Positions 6,685 to 19,855 of a stretch of DNA of 64,000 nucleotides are shown here, piece by piece. The notes under the pieces are model-generated. The model saw only the letters and a list, made by a program, of their open reading frames with translations. It ran no database searches and was not told where the DNA came from. Position 1 is the first letter of the stretch. Every line of letters begins with the position of its first letter. Made by a program: the position numbers and the translations under genes. Source of the stretch: a virus. The stretch covers positions 3,035 through 67,034 of IMG/VR virus record IMGVR_UViG_3300045988_126226; one strand, given 5' to 3'.

Positions 6685-8181
6685 ATGGCTAGCTATACCA
6701 TATCCAGTCTTAGTGAGACTGGTGCTATTTTTGAAGCAACAGACCTTAGTTCCGATAATGTTCAAAGACAAATGGCAGTAACTATAAATGGAAATACTGT
6801 ATGGGGTGATGCAACTACTGGCGTACCTTGGGTGCATGTTCTTGGTTTAAGTCCTGGAACTACTTATGATTATACTGTTTGGTTATAGTATTATACTGGA
6901 GGCCAATGGAATACAGGAGGAATTTGGGATGGCACTCTTACTACCCCAGGATCAAGTGGCGGTGATGGAGGAGATGGGGGCGGATCTGGCAACATTGATC
7001 CAATGTATGCTTGCTATGATGTCACAACTGGAAGTTATATAAATGGTTGGATGCAAGGTAGCTTTGGTATGACTGCTCCTTCTTATGGTAGTAGTTATAC
7101 TTATTTAGGATATTGCCCTGGTAATTCAGAATAGGAATGTTTAAATTATTATATTAGTAATGGTACTACATGGGATCAAGATTCCACTTATAGAGTAGCA
7201 GATTGTAGTTATGTTATATTCTTTTATAGACAAAATTTATCCTATGCTTATATAACATATTATTATAATGGAGGATCTGGTAGTTATAATAATGGATAGC
7301 AATATACTTTTTCAAGCACAACTCAGCCTTGGGACATATATTTAGATACACCTTCACTCTCTGGGTATAATTTTTTAGGATGGACAACAGATAATTCATC
7401 AGCTTATGTAAGTAGTCCTGTGCAAGCATATAATGGTTCAACTTATACATTATATGCTATGTGGTAGCGTATTTATTACTATACTTATATAACCTATCAT
7501 TATAACGGAGGATCTGGTAGTTATAGTGAAGGATAGCAAGTAAGCTATTTAAATGTTAATTCTAGTCGAACTATTACTTTAGACACTCCAACAAAAGCAA
7601 ATTATACTTTCTTAGGTTGGGGAACTAGTTCTTCTTCAGCTGATATTGGCACGCAATTATAGGTATCATCAACAAGTCCTGTGTATAAAACTCTTTATGC
7701 CGTTTGGCGTAGAAATACAATTACTGTAACTTATAATGCAAATGGCGGTTCTGGCGGTCCAGGATCATAGACGGTTAACACCAATTCTTCTTTCAATATA
7801 AATGGATCTAATTATCCCACTCGCAATAATTATATTTTTAAAGGATGGTCTACATCGTCTTCGGCAAAAACTGCAACTTATAAAAAAGGAGCAACACCTT
7901 CAATTTCTACTGGTACATCTAATATAACTTACTACGCGGTTTGGTGGCCCGCGTTTACTTGGAAAGATTATTCCAGAAGTGAAGCAAATACTTTCGCAGG
8001 ATATATAAATACTTATTTAAACAGTTCAATTACTACTATAAATGATACTAATCCCCTACGTTTAGTAGTTTGGTTTAACGCTATAACAACTGCTTTAGGA
8101 AATAATATTAAAGTAGCATCAGGTGATGCTAGTTTTAAAACATAGTTAGATACTTTATTAACCGCATACAACAATTATTAA
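6685..8181 (+). CDS. Flg_new (Listeria-Bacteroides repeat) domain protein, 3-4 repeats; about 8 in-frame TAG; likely virion surface/adhesion protein
   Basis: strong RBS AAAGGAGG; single frame open 6685-8181 if TAG is sense; repeats of YTITYNGGSGSY..GWTT..TLYAMW; TAG falls at the conserved Q of the GS-Q-TV repeat motif. Confidence 0.5.
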
Positions 8182-8285
8182 AATTAATTGGCCTACTGAG
8201 ATTTTCAGTAGGCCAATTTTTTATATTCATAAAGAATATTTTTTTATATTATTTAGAATGATGTAATAAAAGAGGAGGCAATAAG

Positions 8286-8558
8286 ATGTATACTTTAACA
8301 CATCAAAATGGTAAAGTTAATTATGGATTAAAAAAATTCATAGTTGATTCTGTTGAAGATATTGAAAAAATTCCAACAATTTCGTTGCTCCCTGGCAGTA
8401 CTGCTTTTATTCCTAAATCATCAAAATTATATATTTATCAAGATAATAATACTTGGGTTGAATAGAAATCCAATAGTAATAATAGCAGTGGCGGTGGAAG
8501 TACCGAACCTTCTAATCCTGATAATACATACATTTGGGATGGCGGTAGTATTGATTAA
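8286..8558 (+). CDS. hypothetical protein (90 aa, 1 in-frame TAG)
   Basis: RBS AAGAGGAGG then ATG 8286; TAA stop. Confidence 0.4.
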
Positions 8559-8572
8559 GGAGGTGCGTTTAA

Positions 8573-9835
8573 TTGGCTGATGTTTATATGAAATCAAAGT
8601 TCTATTTTAAACGCGGAAAGGCAGCTTCTTGGATTGAGAAAAATATTCTCTTAGGACCTGGCGAGCCTGGTTTTGAAATAGATACTGGTCGATTAAAGGT
8701 TGGCGATGGTATTCATTAGTGGAATAATCTTCCTTATCTTGCAGAAAATGAGATAAAGAATGAAATAAATAAATATTTTAGTGATGTCGCTTATTTTATT
8801 GGATAGAAAGAATCTTTACCTGAAGATCCAAATACTAAAGAAGGTACAATGTGCTTAGTTGGTGAAGATTTTTATATTTATGATGGTGAAAAATGGAGAT
8901 TATTACAAGGTAAATCTTCTCAAGGAACTGTTGAAGTTATAAAAATTAAAGGTGAAAACCAAGGACTACCTGCTGATGAAGTAGAAATTAATGGAACAAA
9001 ATATTCTACTATTGAAGAAGCAATTCAAAATGCTTCTAATAATGATACTATAATTTTGTAGAAAACAGTTAAAAATATTGATATTCCAAAAGGAAAAAAT
9101 ATTAATATTGATTTAAATAATATTAGTATCTTAAATAATGAAGACAATCCAGTTAAAATTAATAATAACGCTTCTTTAATTATTTCGGGAGAAGGATGCG
9201 TTGAATGTAATAAACATGGTAAAGCATCTATTGAGAATAATGGAAATACAACTATTATAAATGGTGAGTATAAACGTTCTATTGATGAAAAAGGTAATGG
9301 ATATTATGTAATAGTAAATCATGGTGAAATGTCTATTTATGATGGAATATTCTCCTCTCCGGGCGGGTTATCTAGTATGATTGAGAATGGATATTACGAT
9401 TATCTTTCTCAATACCATTTAGGCGAGTCCGCGGAATATCCTAAATTAATTATTAATGGTGGTACTTTTATTAATGCTTATACTACTATTAAAAATGATG
9501 ATGCTGGTATTTGTGAAATTAATGGTGGTAATTTTTATGGTATGCTTTATAACGTTGGTAAAAGTTTAACTATAAATGATGGTTATTTCTATACTGATGA
9601 TGGTTATGAAATTATTCAATGTAAAAAGAATAATGATGATATTAATGCTGGTATTTTAACTATTAATGGAGGAATTTTTGAAACTACTTGCGATAAAATT
9701 CTTTCTAGTATAAATAATGCCAAAATTATTATTAAAGGTGGAAAATTTAATAAACCTCTTCCCGAAGAATTTATTGCTTCTGGATATAAACAAAAATTAG
9801 TAAATAATTATTATAATATAATAAAGGAGGGATAA
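8573..9835 (+). CDS. tail fibre/spike protein: conserved N-terminal tail-fibre motif plus C-terminal beta-helix (pectate-lyase-like NGG repeats); 3 in-frame TAG
   Basis: TTG start 7 nt after AGGAGG; N-terminus GPGEPGFEIDTGRLKVGDG.H(TAG)WNNLPY shared with 4 paralogs; repeated INGG.F segments. Confidence 0.5.
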
Positions 9836-9836
9836 T

Positions 9837-10223
9837 ATGGCGTTTAATGTTGTCTATGCAGATAAAAATAAAATTAAATCCAGCATCAAACAAGGTATTA
9901 TTCCAAAAGAAAGTCTAATTTTAACAACTGATGAAAATTAGTCAGAGGCTTATTATTATGATGATGAAGGTAATTTAAAATATATTACCAAAAAGACTTC
10001 TTTTGATTCTATAATTGAAGCTCGCACTTGGATCGCAAAATATGATTATAAGGGTGAAGTAATTTCAATTTTTTAGAATAAACAATGGACTCCCTATTTG
10101 GTTAATGAAGATAATAGCATTACTGAAATTGGTAAAACTTCTTAGTATTCATTAATAGATGGCGGAAATGCTTAATTTTTTTTTATTAAGGAGGAAATTT
10201 TAATATGGCTGGAAATACTTTAA
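9837..10223 (+). CDS. hypothetical protein with probable frameshift near 10138-10145 (homopolymer TTT); 2 in-frame TAG
   Basis: ATG after AAGGAGGG; frame 0 runs into next gene; deleting one T in AAAACTTTC gives ...EIGKTSQYSLIDGGNA then TAA. Confidence 0.3.
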
Positions 10224-11452
10224 AAACCCGTATTCAACTCCGCAATGATGAAGCAGCCACTTGGGTTGAAAAAAACCCTGTGCTGTTAAAAGGTGAAATG
10301 GGTATTGAAGTTGACACTGGTAAAATTAAGATTGGTGATGGGACTAAAGCTTGGAATGAACTTAATTACTCCGGTGTCGATGAGAATGCTATTAAATCTA
10401 TTATTAATAGCAATCGTGATAAAGTTTCTGTCTTAACTCTAACTGAAGGTAAGACCGATGCCGATATGCTAGCAACAATTGCCACCCCTGTTTAGGGAGA
10501 TATGGCTGTTGTTGAAAATACGTTTGTTGAGGGTAAAACTTCTCGTACTGCGTATTTCTATAATGGCGCTAATTGGGCCGCTTTTGATGGTAATTATCGT
10601 GCTGATAATGTGTATTTTGATGACGATATTACTTATACTGTTGCCATTGGTACTCTTGCTCAGCCCTCTGGCTCTGCTAAATTTGCTGCTAAGGGTAAGA
10701 ATGTTGAATAGGTACTCTCTTCTTTAATGGCTCAGGAGGTCAATCCTTCTAAGTCTAATCCTGCTGTATCCTTTACAGCTGAAGGCGGTTTTGGTACTTT
10801 TGAGATTGGTACTAAGAAGAATTTGACCTATACAGCAGCTCTCTCTACTGGTAATTATACCTATGGTCCTGCTACTGGTATCACTGCTCAAACTTGGGAA
10901 GTTAATTGTACTGGTGTTGCTGATAGTAAGTCCACTGCAACTGGTTCTTTTGAGAATATTGTTGCTGAGGCCACTTCCAAGAAGATTACTGCCAAGGCTA
11001 CTTATAATGAGGGTGCGGTTCCTAAAACTAATCTTGGTAATCCTTATCCTGAAGGTAAGATTAAAGCTGGTAGCGCTACTGCAAATTCAAAAACTCTAAC
11101 TGGTGTCCGTTATATGTTTTGGGGCCCTATGTCCAGTGTTGATATGGCTCTGAACTCTGCTAATATCCGCGCGCTTGTGCATAAACAGGCTAGTGGCACT
11201 GGTACTCTTGGTACATTCGGTGCTGGTGCTGGTGCGAAGAAAGTTGTTGTTGCCGTTCCTGCTGGCCGCAAGATTACTAAGGTTCTTATGCCTAGCGCAC
11301 TCAATGCTGATGTTACTGCTCTATTCGTAAAACAAGGTACTCAAGTTGATGTTGAAGGTGCTAATGGTTATACTGCGGCTAAATATGATGTATATGTTTA
11401 TCAGCCTGCTTCTATTGATGCTGGCGAGACTTATGCTGTCACCATCGGCTAA
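10205..11452 (+). CDS. tail fibre protein (N-terminal conserved fibre domain), 2 in-frame TAG
   Basis: RBS AAGGAGG; MAGNTLKTRIQLRNDEAATWVEKNPVLLKGEMGIEVDTGKIKIGDGTKAWNEL; TAA stop. Confidence 0.55.
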
Positions 11453-11475
11453 TTTGAAGGAGGTAAATATATAAT

Positions 11476-14061
11476 ATGGCTGTTATTATAAATGATGCTG
11501 CTTATATGGGTTTCCCACTTTCTATTAAACGTGGTAATCCTGCTCCTGTTGATACCACTGCGGTATGGTATAGTAAAGCAGAACTCGAAACTTATGCAAA
11601 ATCTGGCGCTACCGCCTATGTTGGTCAGATTTTAACTTTAGTTGCTGATAATAAATGTGAAGCTTATATGATTAGCAATGAGGCTGGTACTCTTGTTAAA
11701 CTTGCTTCTACCACTGCTTCTGGCGATCTTGCTTCTGATGTTTCTACTCTTCAGGGCCAAGTTGCTTCTCTTATTAAAAAAGTTGGCTCTGCTACTCAGG
11801 GTGAAACTGCTGCTACTGGTTTATATGCTCTAATTGAAGCCGCCCAGAAGCAAGCAGATAAAGGCGTCGCTAATGCTAAGACTGCTGATGATAAAGCTGT
11901 TGCGGCATAGACTAATGTAGATGCCCTTGAAGCTGTTGTCGGGACTGATGATACTGCTGGTCTTCGTAAACGTATTAAAACTAATGAAGATGCTATTGGT
12001 GTTTTGAATGGCACTGGTGAAGGTTCAGTTACTAAAGCTGTTAATGATGCTATTAACGATTTTGCTACCAAAGCTACTGAAAATGGTACTATTGACACCT
12101 TTAAAGAATTAGTTGATTGGGTCGCGGGCCATCCCGATATTGTTAATGGTTTAACTGGTGATATTAATAAATTAAAAGCTATTCTTAAAGGATTTGGTAC
12201 TGCTGAAGGCCAATCTCCTGAAGTAAAAGCTTATATTGATAGCGCTATTAAAGCTCTTAAGATTGGCGACTATGCTAAGGCAGCTGATTTAACTACTCTT
12301 GCCGGACGTGTTAGTGTAGTTGAAAAACTTCCTGCAGCTGGTATTACTGCTGAAGATATTGAAAAGTGGAACGCAAAGCAAGATGCTGGTAATTTTGTTG
12401 ATCAATCTGCTTACGATACTAAGATGAAAGCCCTTGAAAAGGCTGATAATGATAATACAACTGCTATTGCTGCTGTGAAAAATACGGCTGATGCTGCTGT
12501 TGTTGCTAACAAAGATATTACCGCTGGTACTGCCACAAAGATTACTTATGATGCCAAAGGTCTTATAACTAAAGGCGAAAATCTTGCTGTTTCCGATATT
12601 CCTACTCTTGGTATTTCCAAAATTGATGGTCTTCAGGATGCTCTTGATAGTAAACAAAATAATTTAACCTTTGATGGTGAATATAATTCTGGCACTAATA
12701 AAGTTGCTACAGTAAGTACAGTTAATACCGCAGTTGATAATTTACGTCATACTCTTGGCGGTGAAGATGGCCAGACTGATGTTGACACTAAAGATAGTGA
12801 AACTATCCATGGTGCAAAGATTTATGCGGATGAAGTTGGTAAGACAGCTAAAGCTTATGCTGACAGCTTAGTTGGTGATACTTCTGCTATTGGTAAGAAA
12901 GTTGCTGCTCTTGAAGGTAAAGTTGATGTTAATAGCGTAAGTAGTGCAATTAACACAGCTAAATCTGAAGCTATTGCAACTGCTGGCACTAATGCTGATA
13001 CTAAAGTTGCTACTGCTAAGACCGCTATCCTTGGCGAAGGACATACTGGTACTGTAAAAGAAGCTTATGAGCTTGCTGCTTCTAAGGCTACTATGGCTCA
13101 AGTCGAAGCTAAGGGCTATGCTGTTAAGACTGAGGTTGACACTGCTGTTGCTGATGCAAAGAAGACCGGTACTGATGCTCAGACTGCTGTTAATACATTA
13201 AGTGATAAGGTTGGCACCATTCCAGCAGATAAGACAATCGTTCAGATGATTGCTGATGCTCAAAATGCTGCTACTTATAATGATAGTGCTGTTAAGGCAA
13301 GTATTAAGACCAATACAGATGCTATTGCTAAATTAAATGGTACTGATACTGTTGAAGGCTCTGTAGCTAAGACTGTTAAAGATGCTGTCGCTGCTGAACA
13401 AACACGTGCAGAAGGTAAAGAACAAGCAAATGCTACTGCTATTGATGGTGTTAAATCTCGTGTTGATGCCTTCCTTGCAGCCGCAGAAGTCGGCGACGCC
13501 GCAGTTGATACCTTAAAGGAAATTCAAACTTATATCACCACACATGGTTCTGCTGCAGATTAGATGGTTAAAGATATCGCGGCTAATAAGAAAGCAGTCG
13601 AAGAGGAAGCTACTCGTGCTAAAACTGCTGAAGGTACTAATGCCACTGCTATTAGTGATGAAGCTACTCGTGCTAAAGCAGCTGAAAAAGCTAATGCTGA
13701 TGCGATCGCTGCTGAGACCACTCGCGCTAAAACTGCTGAAAAAGCTAATGCTGATGCAATCGCTGAATTAAAGAAAGCTGATTATGCTGGTATTACTTCT
13801 GAAAAGATTGCTAAGTGGGATGCTGCTCAAGCTAATGTAATTGAAAAGATTCAGGTTAATGGCACTGAAATTGCAATTAGTGAAAAGATTGTTAATATTC
13901 CTCTTGCTACCGCAGCTCGCGCTGGTTTGATTATTAGCTCTAATGCTGAAAATGCTATTAGCGTTTCTGATACTGGCGTAGCTACTGTTAATAATATAAA
14001 TGTTAATAAATTAGTTCAAACCGCTGGTGATGAACTTATTCTTAACGGTGGAAATGCTTAA
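11476..14061 (+). CDS. long fibrous tail fibre protein (Ala/Thr-rich, 861 aa), 2 in-frame TAG
   Basis: RBS GAAGGAGG; continuous frame through TAG at 11908 and 13561; low-complexity fibrous repeats. Confidence 0.5.
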
Positions 14062-14077
14062 TTAAATAAATAATAAA

Positions 14078-14112
14078 TAAAGAGGGGAAATAAATCCCCT
14101 CTTTATTTCATA
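14078..14112 (+). terminator. rho-independent terminator
   Basis: AAAGAGGGGA-AATAAA-TCCCCTCTTT then TATTT. Confidence 0.7.
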
Positions 14113-14145
14113 TATAGATACTTTTAAATATGGAGGTTCTTAAAA

Positions 14146-15489
14146 ATGGCTAATACAACATTTAATACTCGTATTAAATTAAAGTATGACACTCTGGCCA
14201 ATTGGACTACTAATGAAGCAAAAGTTTTATTAGCTGGTGAAGTTGGTCTTTGTTATGTGCCTTCTGTGACTTCTGGAACTACTACAACTGCTCCTACTGT
14301 TTTATTTAAAGTCGGTGATGGTAAAACAGCTTGGGGAAAATTACCTTGGGGTTCCGGTCTTGCCGCGGACGTTTATGATTGGGCTAAATCAAATACAAAA
14401 CCATCTTATGATTATAGTGAGATTAAAAATACTCCCACTATGACTGTGGATACTAATACTACTTATAAATTAGTTCAAGATGGTACTGATAAACATAAAT
14501 TTACTTTACAAAGTAAAGAAAAGAATAGTGAAAATTGGGTTTCAGTATCTACTATTACTATTCCAGATAACAACAATAACCAAACTATTACTGTTGGATC
14601 TACTTCCTTTGGAACAAATGATGCTGTAAAGTTAGTTGCTGGTGATGGAATTACTATTACTCCTGATTCAACTGGAAAAACAATCACAATTACTGCTGGT
14701 AAAGTTGCTAATGCCACTCATGCCGATAATGCAACTAATGCTACAAGTGCTAATAAAGTAGCTAATGCTTTAACTCTTCAAGTTGGTGGTACTACTAAAG
14801 CTACATTTGATGGTTCTTCTGCGAAAACTTTTAATATTACCGCAGGAGATCTTGGTCTTAGTTCTGCGATGCATTTTATTGGCGCTGCTACTGTTGCTAT
14901 TACCGAAGACTCTAAAGTTGATCCAAAAATCACTGGTTATACTTTTGCTAATGCTCAAAAAGGCGATGTAGTTCTTTATAACCATTTAGAATTTGTGTGG
15001 GATGGCACTAAGTGGGAAAAACTTGGTGATGATACTTCTTACGCTTTAAAGACTATTACTGCTACTGCTACTGATGATGATGTAGTAGTTTTAACTGGTA
15101 CTTCTGGTTCTAACGGCGTTACTTTTGATGCTAAGCACGCTAAAAAAGGTCCGACTGGTGGCGCAACTAAGGGCGCAACCGCGAACGTAAGTGTTTCTGG
15201 TTATGGTGCTTCTGGTTCTATCAAAGTTCCAAAAGTTATAGTTGATGAATATGGTCATACTACTGGCTTAACCGAACAAACGTTAACTATTACAATGCCA
15301 AGTGCGCAGACTCTTCCTGCAGCGGGAAGTGTTGCTCCTAAAAATCTTGGAACTGCCACTGTTGGTACTTCTGCTAAGTATGCTCGTGAAGATCACGTTC
15401 ATAAGATGCCAACTTTAGATGAAATTGGTATTAATACCAATGCTAATTATGTTATCTTTGATTGTGGAACTTCTACAGTAAATATCTAA
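14146..15489 (+). CDS. tail fibre protein paralog (447 aa)
   Basis: N-terminus MANTTFNTRIKLKYDTLANW..GDGKTAWGKLPW shares the fibre N-domain; RBS GGAGG. Confidence 0.5.
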   Translation: MANTTFNTRIKLKYDTLANWTTNEAKVLLAGEVGLCYVPSVTSGTTTTAPTVLFKVGDGKTAWGKLPWGSGLAADVYDWAKSNTKPSYDYSEIKNTPTMTVDTNTTYKLVQDGTDKHKFTLQSKEKNSENWVSVSTITIPDNNNNQTITVGSTSFGTNDAVKLVAGDGITITPDSTGKTITITAGKVANATHADNATNATSANKVANALTLQVGGTTKATFDGSSAKTFNITAGDLGLSSAMHFIGAATVAITEDSKVDPKITGYTFANAQKGDVVLYNHLEFVWDGTKWEKLGDDTSYALKTITATATDDDVVVLTGTSGSNGVTFDAKHAKKGPTGGATKGATANVSVSGYGASGSIKVPKVIVDEYGHTTGLTEQTLTITMPSAQTLPAAGSVAPKNLGTATVGTSAKYAREDHVHKMPTLDEIGINTNANYVIFDCGTSTVNI

Positions 15490-15492
15490 TTA

Positions 15493-15528
15493 AAGGCTCT
15501 CTTAATTAAGAGCCTTTTTCTTTTTTTG
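15493..15528 (+). terminator. rho-independent terminator
   Basis: AAGGCTCTCTTAATTAAGAGCCTT then T-run. Confidence 0.65.
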
Positions 15529-15750
15529 GTCGAATTCAATATATTAACGTTTCCAAAAAATTAATATATAATGTAGATAGAAAATTTAAGTTTGAAATTG
15601 ATAACTTAAAATCTACAAATATATATATTCTTGGTTTTACTCTTTTGGAAATGATTATTGAGAAAACTATTTTTTTAAATGGTGTTACTTCTAATTATAC
15701 AAAAGAGGTAACACCATTTTTTTTATTTCTTAAAAGAAAGGAGATAATCA

Positions 15751-16542
15751 ATGAAAATATTATTACAAAATAAAAATATTGTTCTTGCTAATAATAGTTT
15801 AATTTCTATTAATAGTGATAATATCACGGAGAATGGTAATTTAGTAAGAATTACAATTCCTGAGACCCCTAAAAAAGGTTCTATTATAAATATGAACTTA
15901 GATGGAACCGAGAGATAGTATAGAGTATTGAATGTTAATGGAAATGTTTGTAAAGTATTAGGAATGTTTGATGATTTAACGAGTAAATATAACAGTACAA
16001 GTATGACTACTACTTTTGGAAGCACTACGGCTCAGAAATATGAAGGTTCTACTTTAGATACATATTTGAATACGACTTGGTATAATACACTATCAAGTGA
16101 AGCAAAGAATGCTATTGTACCAGAAAATGTGGTTCAGTATTGTTATAAATACTATGGCAAATCCGATACACCTAATACTCCAACTTACACATATTAGTAT
16201 CAATATAACTGGTCTAATTCAAACTATGAAAATGCTGACGATGTAGGTAATGTTGTAGTAGGTAATAGAAATATATTTGTCTTAGATTTAAAAGATATTT
16301 TTGATTATATTGGTAAAGTATGTATTACATCTGATGAACTAATGATAATGTTCTGGAATAGTACAACTAAAGTATCTAAATATCTACAGTTGCGATCCTC
16401 TATTTCCGCCCTTTCTGACTATGCTTGGGTTGTGATTGGCGGCGGTGGTAATTTGAGCAGTGATAGTGCTACTCTTATTCATGTCGTGCGGCCCGCGCTT
16501 AATCTTGATATGTCCAAAATCCAGTATACACTTGTATCTTAA
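15751..16542 (+). CDS. hypothetical virion protein (264 aa, 2 in-frame TAG)
   Basis: RBS AAAGGAGA; one frame open across TAG at 15916 and 16195. Confidence 0.4.
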
Positions 16543-16556
16543 GGAGAATTCTTAAT

Positions 16557-16928
16557 ATGAAAAGTTTATTAAAAATAAATAATTCTTTAGTGCGCGCGAA
16601 AGTTGCTCCTGACCCTCCTATTGCTCCAAAAGAAACATGGGTGATTAATGATACTTATTCTTCTGCCATTGAATTTACTGTTTCTTCGTTAAATTTTATC
16701 TCAAATGGGAAGAATTTTACTTCAATAGCAATTCGAATTGGCCCTATGGGTTCAGCTTATATCAAGTACAATAATACAACAGTAAATAATATTATGGTTA
16801 ATACTCTAGATACAGGTATAAGGGGGACAGCGTCTTGGATCAATTCTACTTACCGCACTATCACATTTTTAGAGCCCCCAACTGGTGACCTGCTCACCTG
16901 GCTCCAAGCTAATGCAGTAAAACAATAA
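16557..16928 (+). CDS. hypothetical protein (123 aa)
   Basis: RBS AAGGAGAA; TAA stop. Confidence 0.4.
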   Translation: MKSLLKINNSLVRAKVAPDPPIAPKETWVINDTYSSAIEFTVSSLNFISNGKNFTSIAIRIGPMGSAYIKYNNTTVNNIMVNTLDTGIRGTASWINSTYRTITFLEPPTGDLLTWLQANAVKQ

Positions 16929-16953
16929 AAATTTTTAAAGAAAGGAAAATACT

Positions 16954-18048
16954 ATGGCTAATAAAACATACCAAGGTCGTATAGTCCAAAAACATGATAG
17001 TTCTGCGAATTGGGCGAAAGCGACTAATTTTATTCCTTTAAAAGGCGAAATTATCATCTATGATGATTTAAAGAAAATAAAAATTGGCGATGGAACAACT
17101 AAGGTTAATGATTTAGATTTTAGTTCAAGTAATGGACTCCCTGAAGGCGGAACCGCAGGTGATACTTTAGTAAAAGACACTGACGGCGGAAAATGGGAAA
17201 CTCCGGTTGAAGCTACTCTTGTTTCTCTTCCAACAGGTATTTTAAAGAGTGATGGTATTACTATTAGTAAGGCAATCGCCGGCACTGATTATGCGACTGC
17301 GCCTAATAAATATACTTTTACAGTGACCAGTGCAACGCAATCAGTTTTTACTATTCCATTTGATTTTGAAGATAGTGGTGCTTTAACAGTATTTTATAAT
17401 GGTGTTATGATGAAAGAAACTGAGAACTATACAATTTCTGGTAAAACAATTTCTTTAGTAGGCTTTAATGCTGAAAAAGATGATTATATCACTGTTATGG
17501 GCATCGAAGGAGTAGCTTCTATTAATGTTGATGAAAAAGTTGCAATAATTCAAGAAGCGGTTTCAAAAGCAGAAACTACTATTGACACAAAAGTTAATAA
17601 AGCTTTATCTACTATTGATAATAAACTTTCTACTATACCTGATGATGTAACTCAAGCTGTTTATAAAAATAAATCTAATATAATGACTGCAAATGGTAAA
17701 ATTACTATGGATAATTCATATACACCAAGTGCGAATGGAGATATAGCAACAAAGAAATATGTAGATAATGCAACCCCAGCAACATTTACCGCCTCTAAAG
17801 CTGGTACAGTACCTGCTTCAGGTGGAGGAACTGCAAAATATCTACGAGCAGATGGTACATGGAATGTTGTCCCAACAACTCCTGTGATAGGAACATCTAC
17901 TTCATATGCTATTTATATTGGAACAACAGCTCCTGCTTCAGGTACAACGCCACTCCTTTGGATTGATACTACTTCTTCTACTGGATTTCTTAAATATAGA
18001 AGCTCTAATACCAGTGCCTGGACCGCCGTCCCTGTCGCTTGGAGCTAA
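16954..18048 (+). CDS. tail fibre protein paralog (364 aa)
   Basis: N-terminus MANKTYQGRIVQKHDSSANWAKATNFIPLKGEIIIYDD..IKIGDGTTKVNDL. Confidence 0.5.
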   Translation: MANKTYQGRIVQKHDSSANWAKATNFIPLKGEIIIYDDLKKIKIGDGTTKVNDLDFSSSNGLPEGGTAGDTLVKDTDGGKWETPVEATLVSLPTGILKSDGITISKAIAGTDYATAPNKYTFTVTSATQSVFTIPFDFEDSGALTVFYNGVMMKETENYTISGKTISLVGFNAEKDDYITVMGIEGVASINVDEKVAIIQEAVSKAETTIDTKVNKALSTIDNKLSTIPDDVTQAVYKNKSNIMTANGKITMDNSYTPSANGDIATKKYVDNATPATFTASKAGTVPASGGGTAKYLRADGTWNVVPTTPVIGTSTSYAIYIGTTAPASGTTPLLWIDTTSSTGFLKYRSSNTSAWTAVPVAWS

Positions 18049-18061
18049 TAAGGAGGTATAA

Positions 18062-18518
18062 TATGTCTAAACCTAGAATTTTTTTACAAATGGCTGAAAA
18101 TGGAGGAGTATTTGTCGGGACTTATGGAAGTACTCCCTATTCTGAAATTGTAGAGCATTTTAAAAAAGGAGATATAATTTGTATTAAAAAAAATATTACT
18201 GATAATGAAGCTGGTGGGGCAGAAACTGTGATTACCTATCAATTAAATGAAGTATTTAAAGACCATAATAATTACAATTTTTATTTTAAGTCTTTTGGTG
18301 CAATAGATTCCCCTTCAATTGATTCATCTAATACTTGGTCTACTGGAAATTTTAATAATTATGTGCCAAAATCTGGAATAACTATGACAGGTCCTCTTAT
18401 TGCTCAATCTAATACAAATTATACCACACCTCAAGTCCGCAATATTATAATGTCCACTTCTGCTCCAACAGCTGCTGACGGTAAAAATGGAGATATTTGG
18501 ATTCAATATAGTGAATAA
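18062..18518 (+). CDS. hypothetical virion protein (152 aa)
   Basis: RBS AAGGAGG then ATG 18062. Confidence 0.4.
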
Positions 18519-18532
18519 AAGGAGGGGTAATT

Positions 18533-19855
18533 TTGGCAGCTCCTGAAGTTAGTAAACCAATAGTAAGTCCTAAAGCAGGACATTATACTCTTGTAAATAT
18601 GTTAAATAATCCTAGCTTTGAAAATATGGGATGGGTAGCTAATTCCTCATGTACTGTGGCATTTGATTCTTCTAAAAAAAGAAGTGGAAGTTATTCTTTA
18701 AAAGTGACTTCCACTTCATCAAGTGAGTCTCTAATTGTAACTACTGATTCATATAAAATAACTAAAAACCATATTTATTATGTACGTGTTTATATATATT
18801 AGAATACCGCTGGTGATGTTGGAGCTATGCAATGTTATTGGCCAATAGCAGAACCTTTAATGGGCACATGTAATACCAATAGTTCTTTTATTAAAAAATG
18901 GCAAATGATGAGCTGGTATAATACTCGTTCTAATTGGTCTACAGGCGGAAATTATCAATTTCGTTTTGACTTTGAAAATATGGCATCAGGAAAGGTTGCT
19001 TGGATCGATGATGCAATGCTCATAGATTTAACCGAATGTTTTGGGTCAGGTAATGAACCTGATAAAACTTGGTGTGATTCTAATATTCCATACTTTGAAA
19101 AAACATATATTTATGGTACTAAATTAAGTATTAAAACTTCTACATGGAAAGATCTTTCTAGCGGTTTAATTAAAATACCTACGATTCCACAAACCTGCAC
19201 TCCCCTTGAATATATTGAAGGAACTGGCACACAATATATTAATACAGGCATAACACCTACTCAAAATACTTCTTTTTCTTTTGGTGTCTATATGAAGGAA
19301 ATAACTGGTGCTTGTATTATAGGATGTAATACTGGCAATGATAATAATGACTTTCGTATCTTTAATTATAATGGATAGATATATTGGGATATACAAACAA
19401 GTCGATTAATTGGCGTGACAAATAGTTTTCCAATTAACCAAAAATTTGAATTTGAAGTAGGAAATAATTATGTTAAAAAAAATGGAACAACTGTTTTAAC
19501 GGGAACAACTATTTCGTCTTTCACTGGTGATTGTCCAATACAAATATGGCGCGACAACCCAACCGGTTCATCTACTTGCGCGAAAGGTAAAGTATATTAT
19601 TTAAAAATATATAATAGTGGAACGCTTGTTAGAAATATGCTACCTTGTAAAAATGAAAGTGGTATAGTTGGTATGTATGATATTATTGAAAAAAAATTTT
19701 ATAATAACAATGGAACAGGTACATTTATTGCCGGCCCGATAAAAACACATTGGAAAAATTTTAAAAATGCTTCTATGAAACAAAATGGCGTTTGGACTAC
19801 ATTTTTATTACTTCTTAAAAAAGGAGGAATTTATTCTTGGCAATTTATGATTTAA
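18533..19855 (+). CDS. putative receptor-binding/tail-tip protein (440 aa, 2 in-frame TAG); C-terminal module paralogous to the next gene
   Basis: RBS AAGGAGGGG; frame continuous through TAG 18800 and 19376; shares LEYIEGTGTQYINTG and C-terminal LVRNMLPCKNESGIVGMYD...GTGTFIAGPI with 19837..21372. Confidence 0.45.

Noticed and set aside
10479-13771. Leu-rich + strand ORFs in alternative frames (10479-10727, 10863-11099, 13544-13771, 14783-14971, 47248-47451, 47704-47949, 32823-33062)
   Set aside because: Off-frame artefacts of Ala/Thr/Lys-rich repetitive coding sequence; they overlap the real genes completely.
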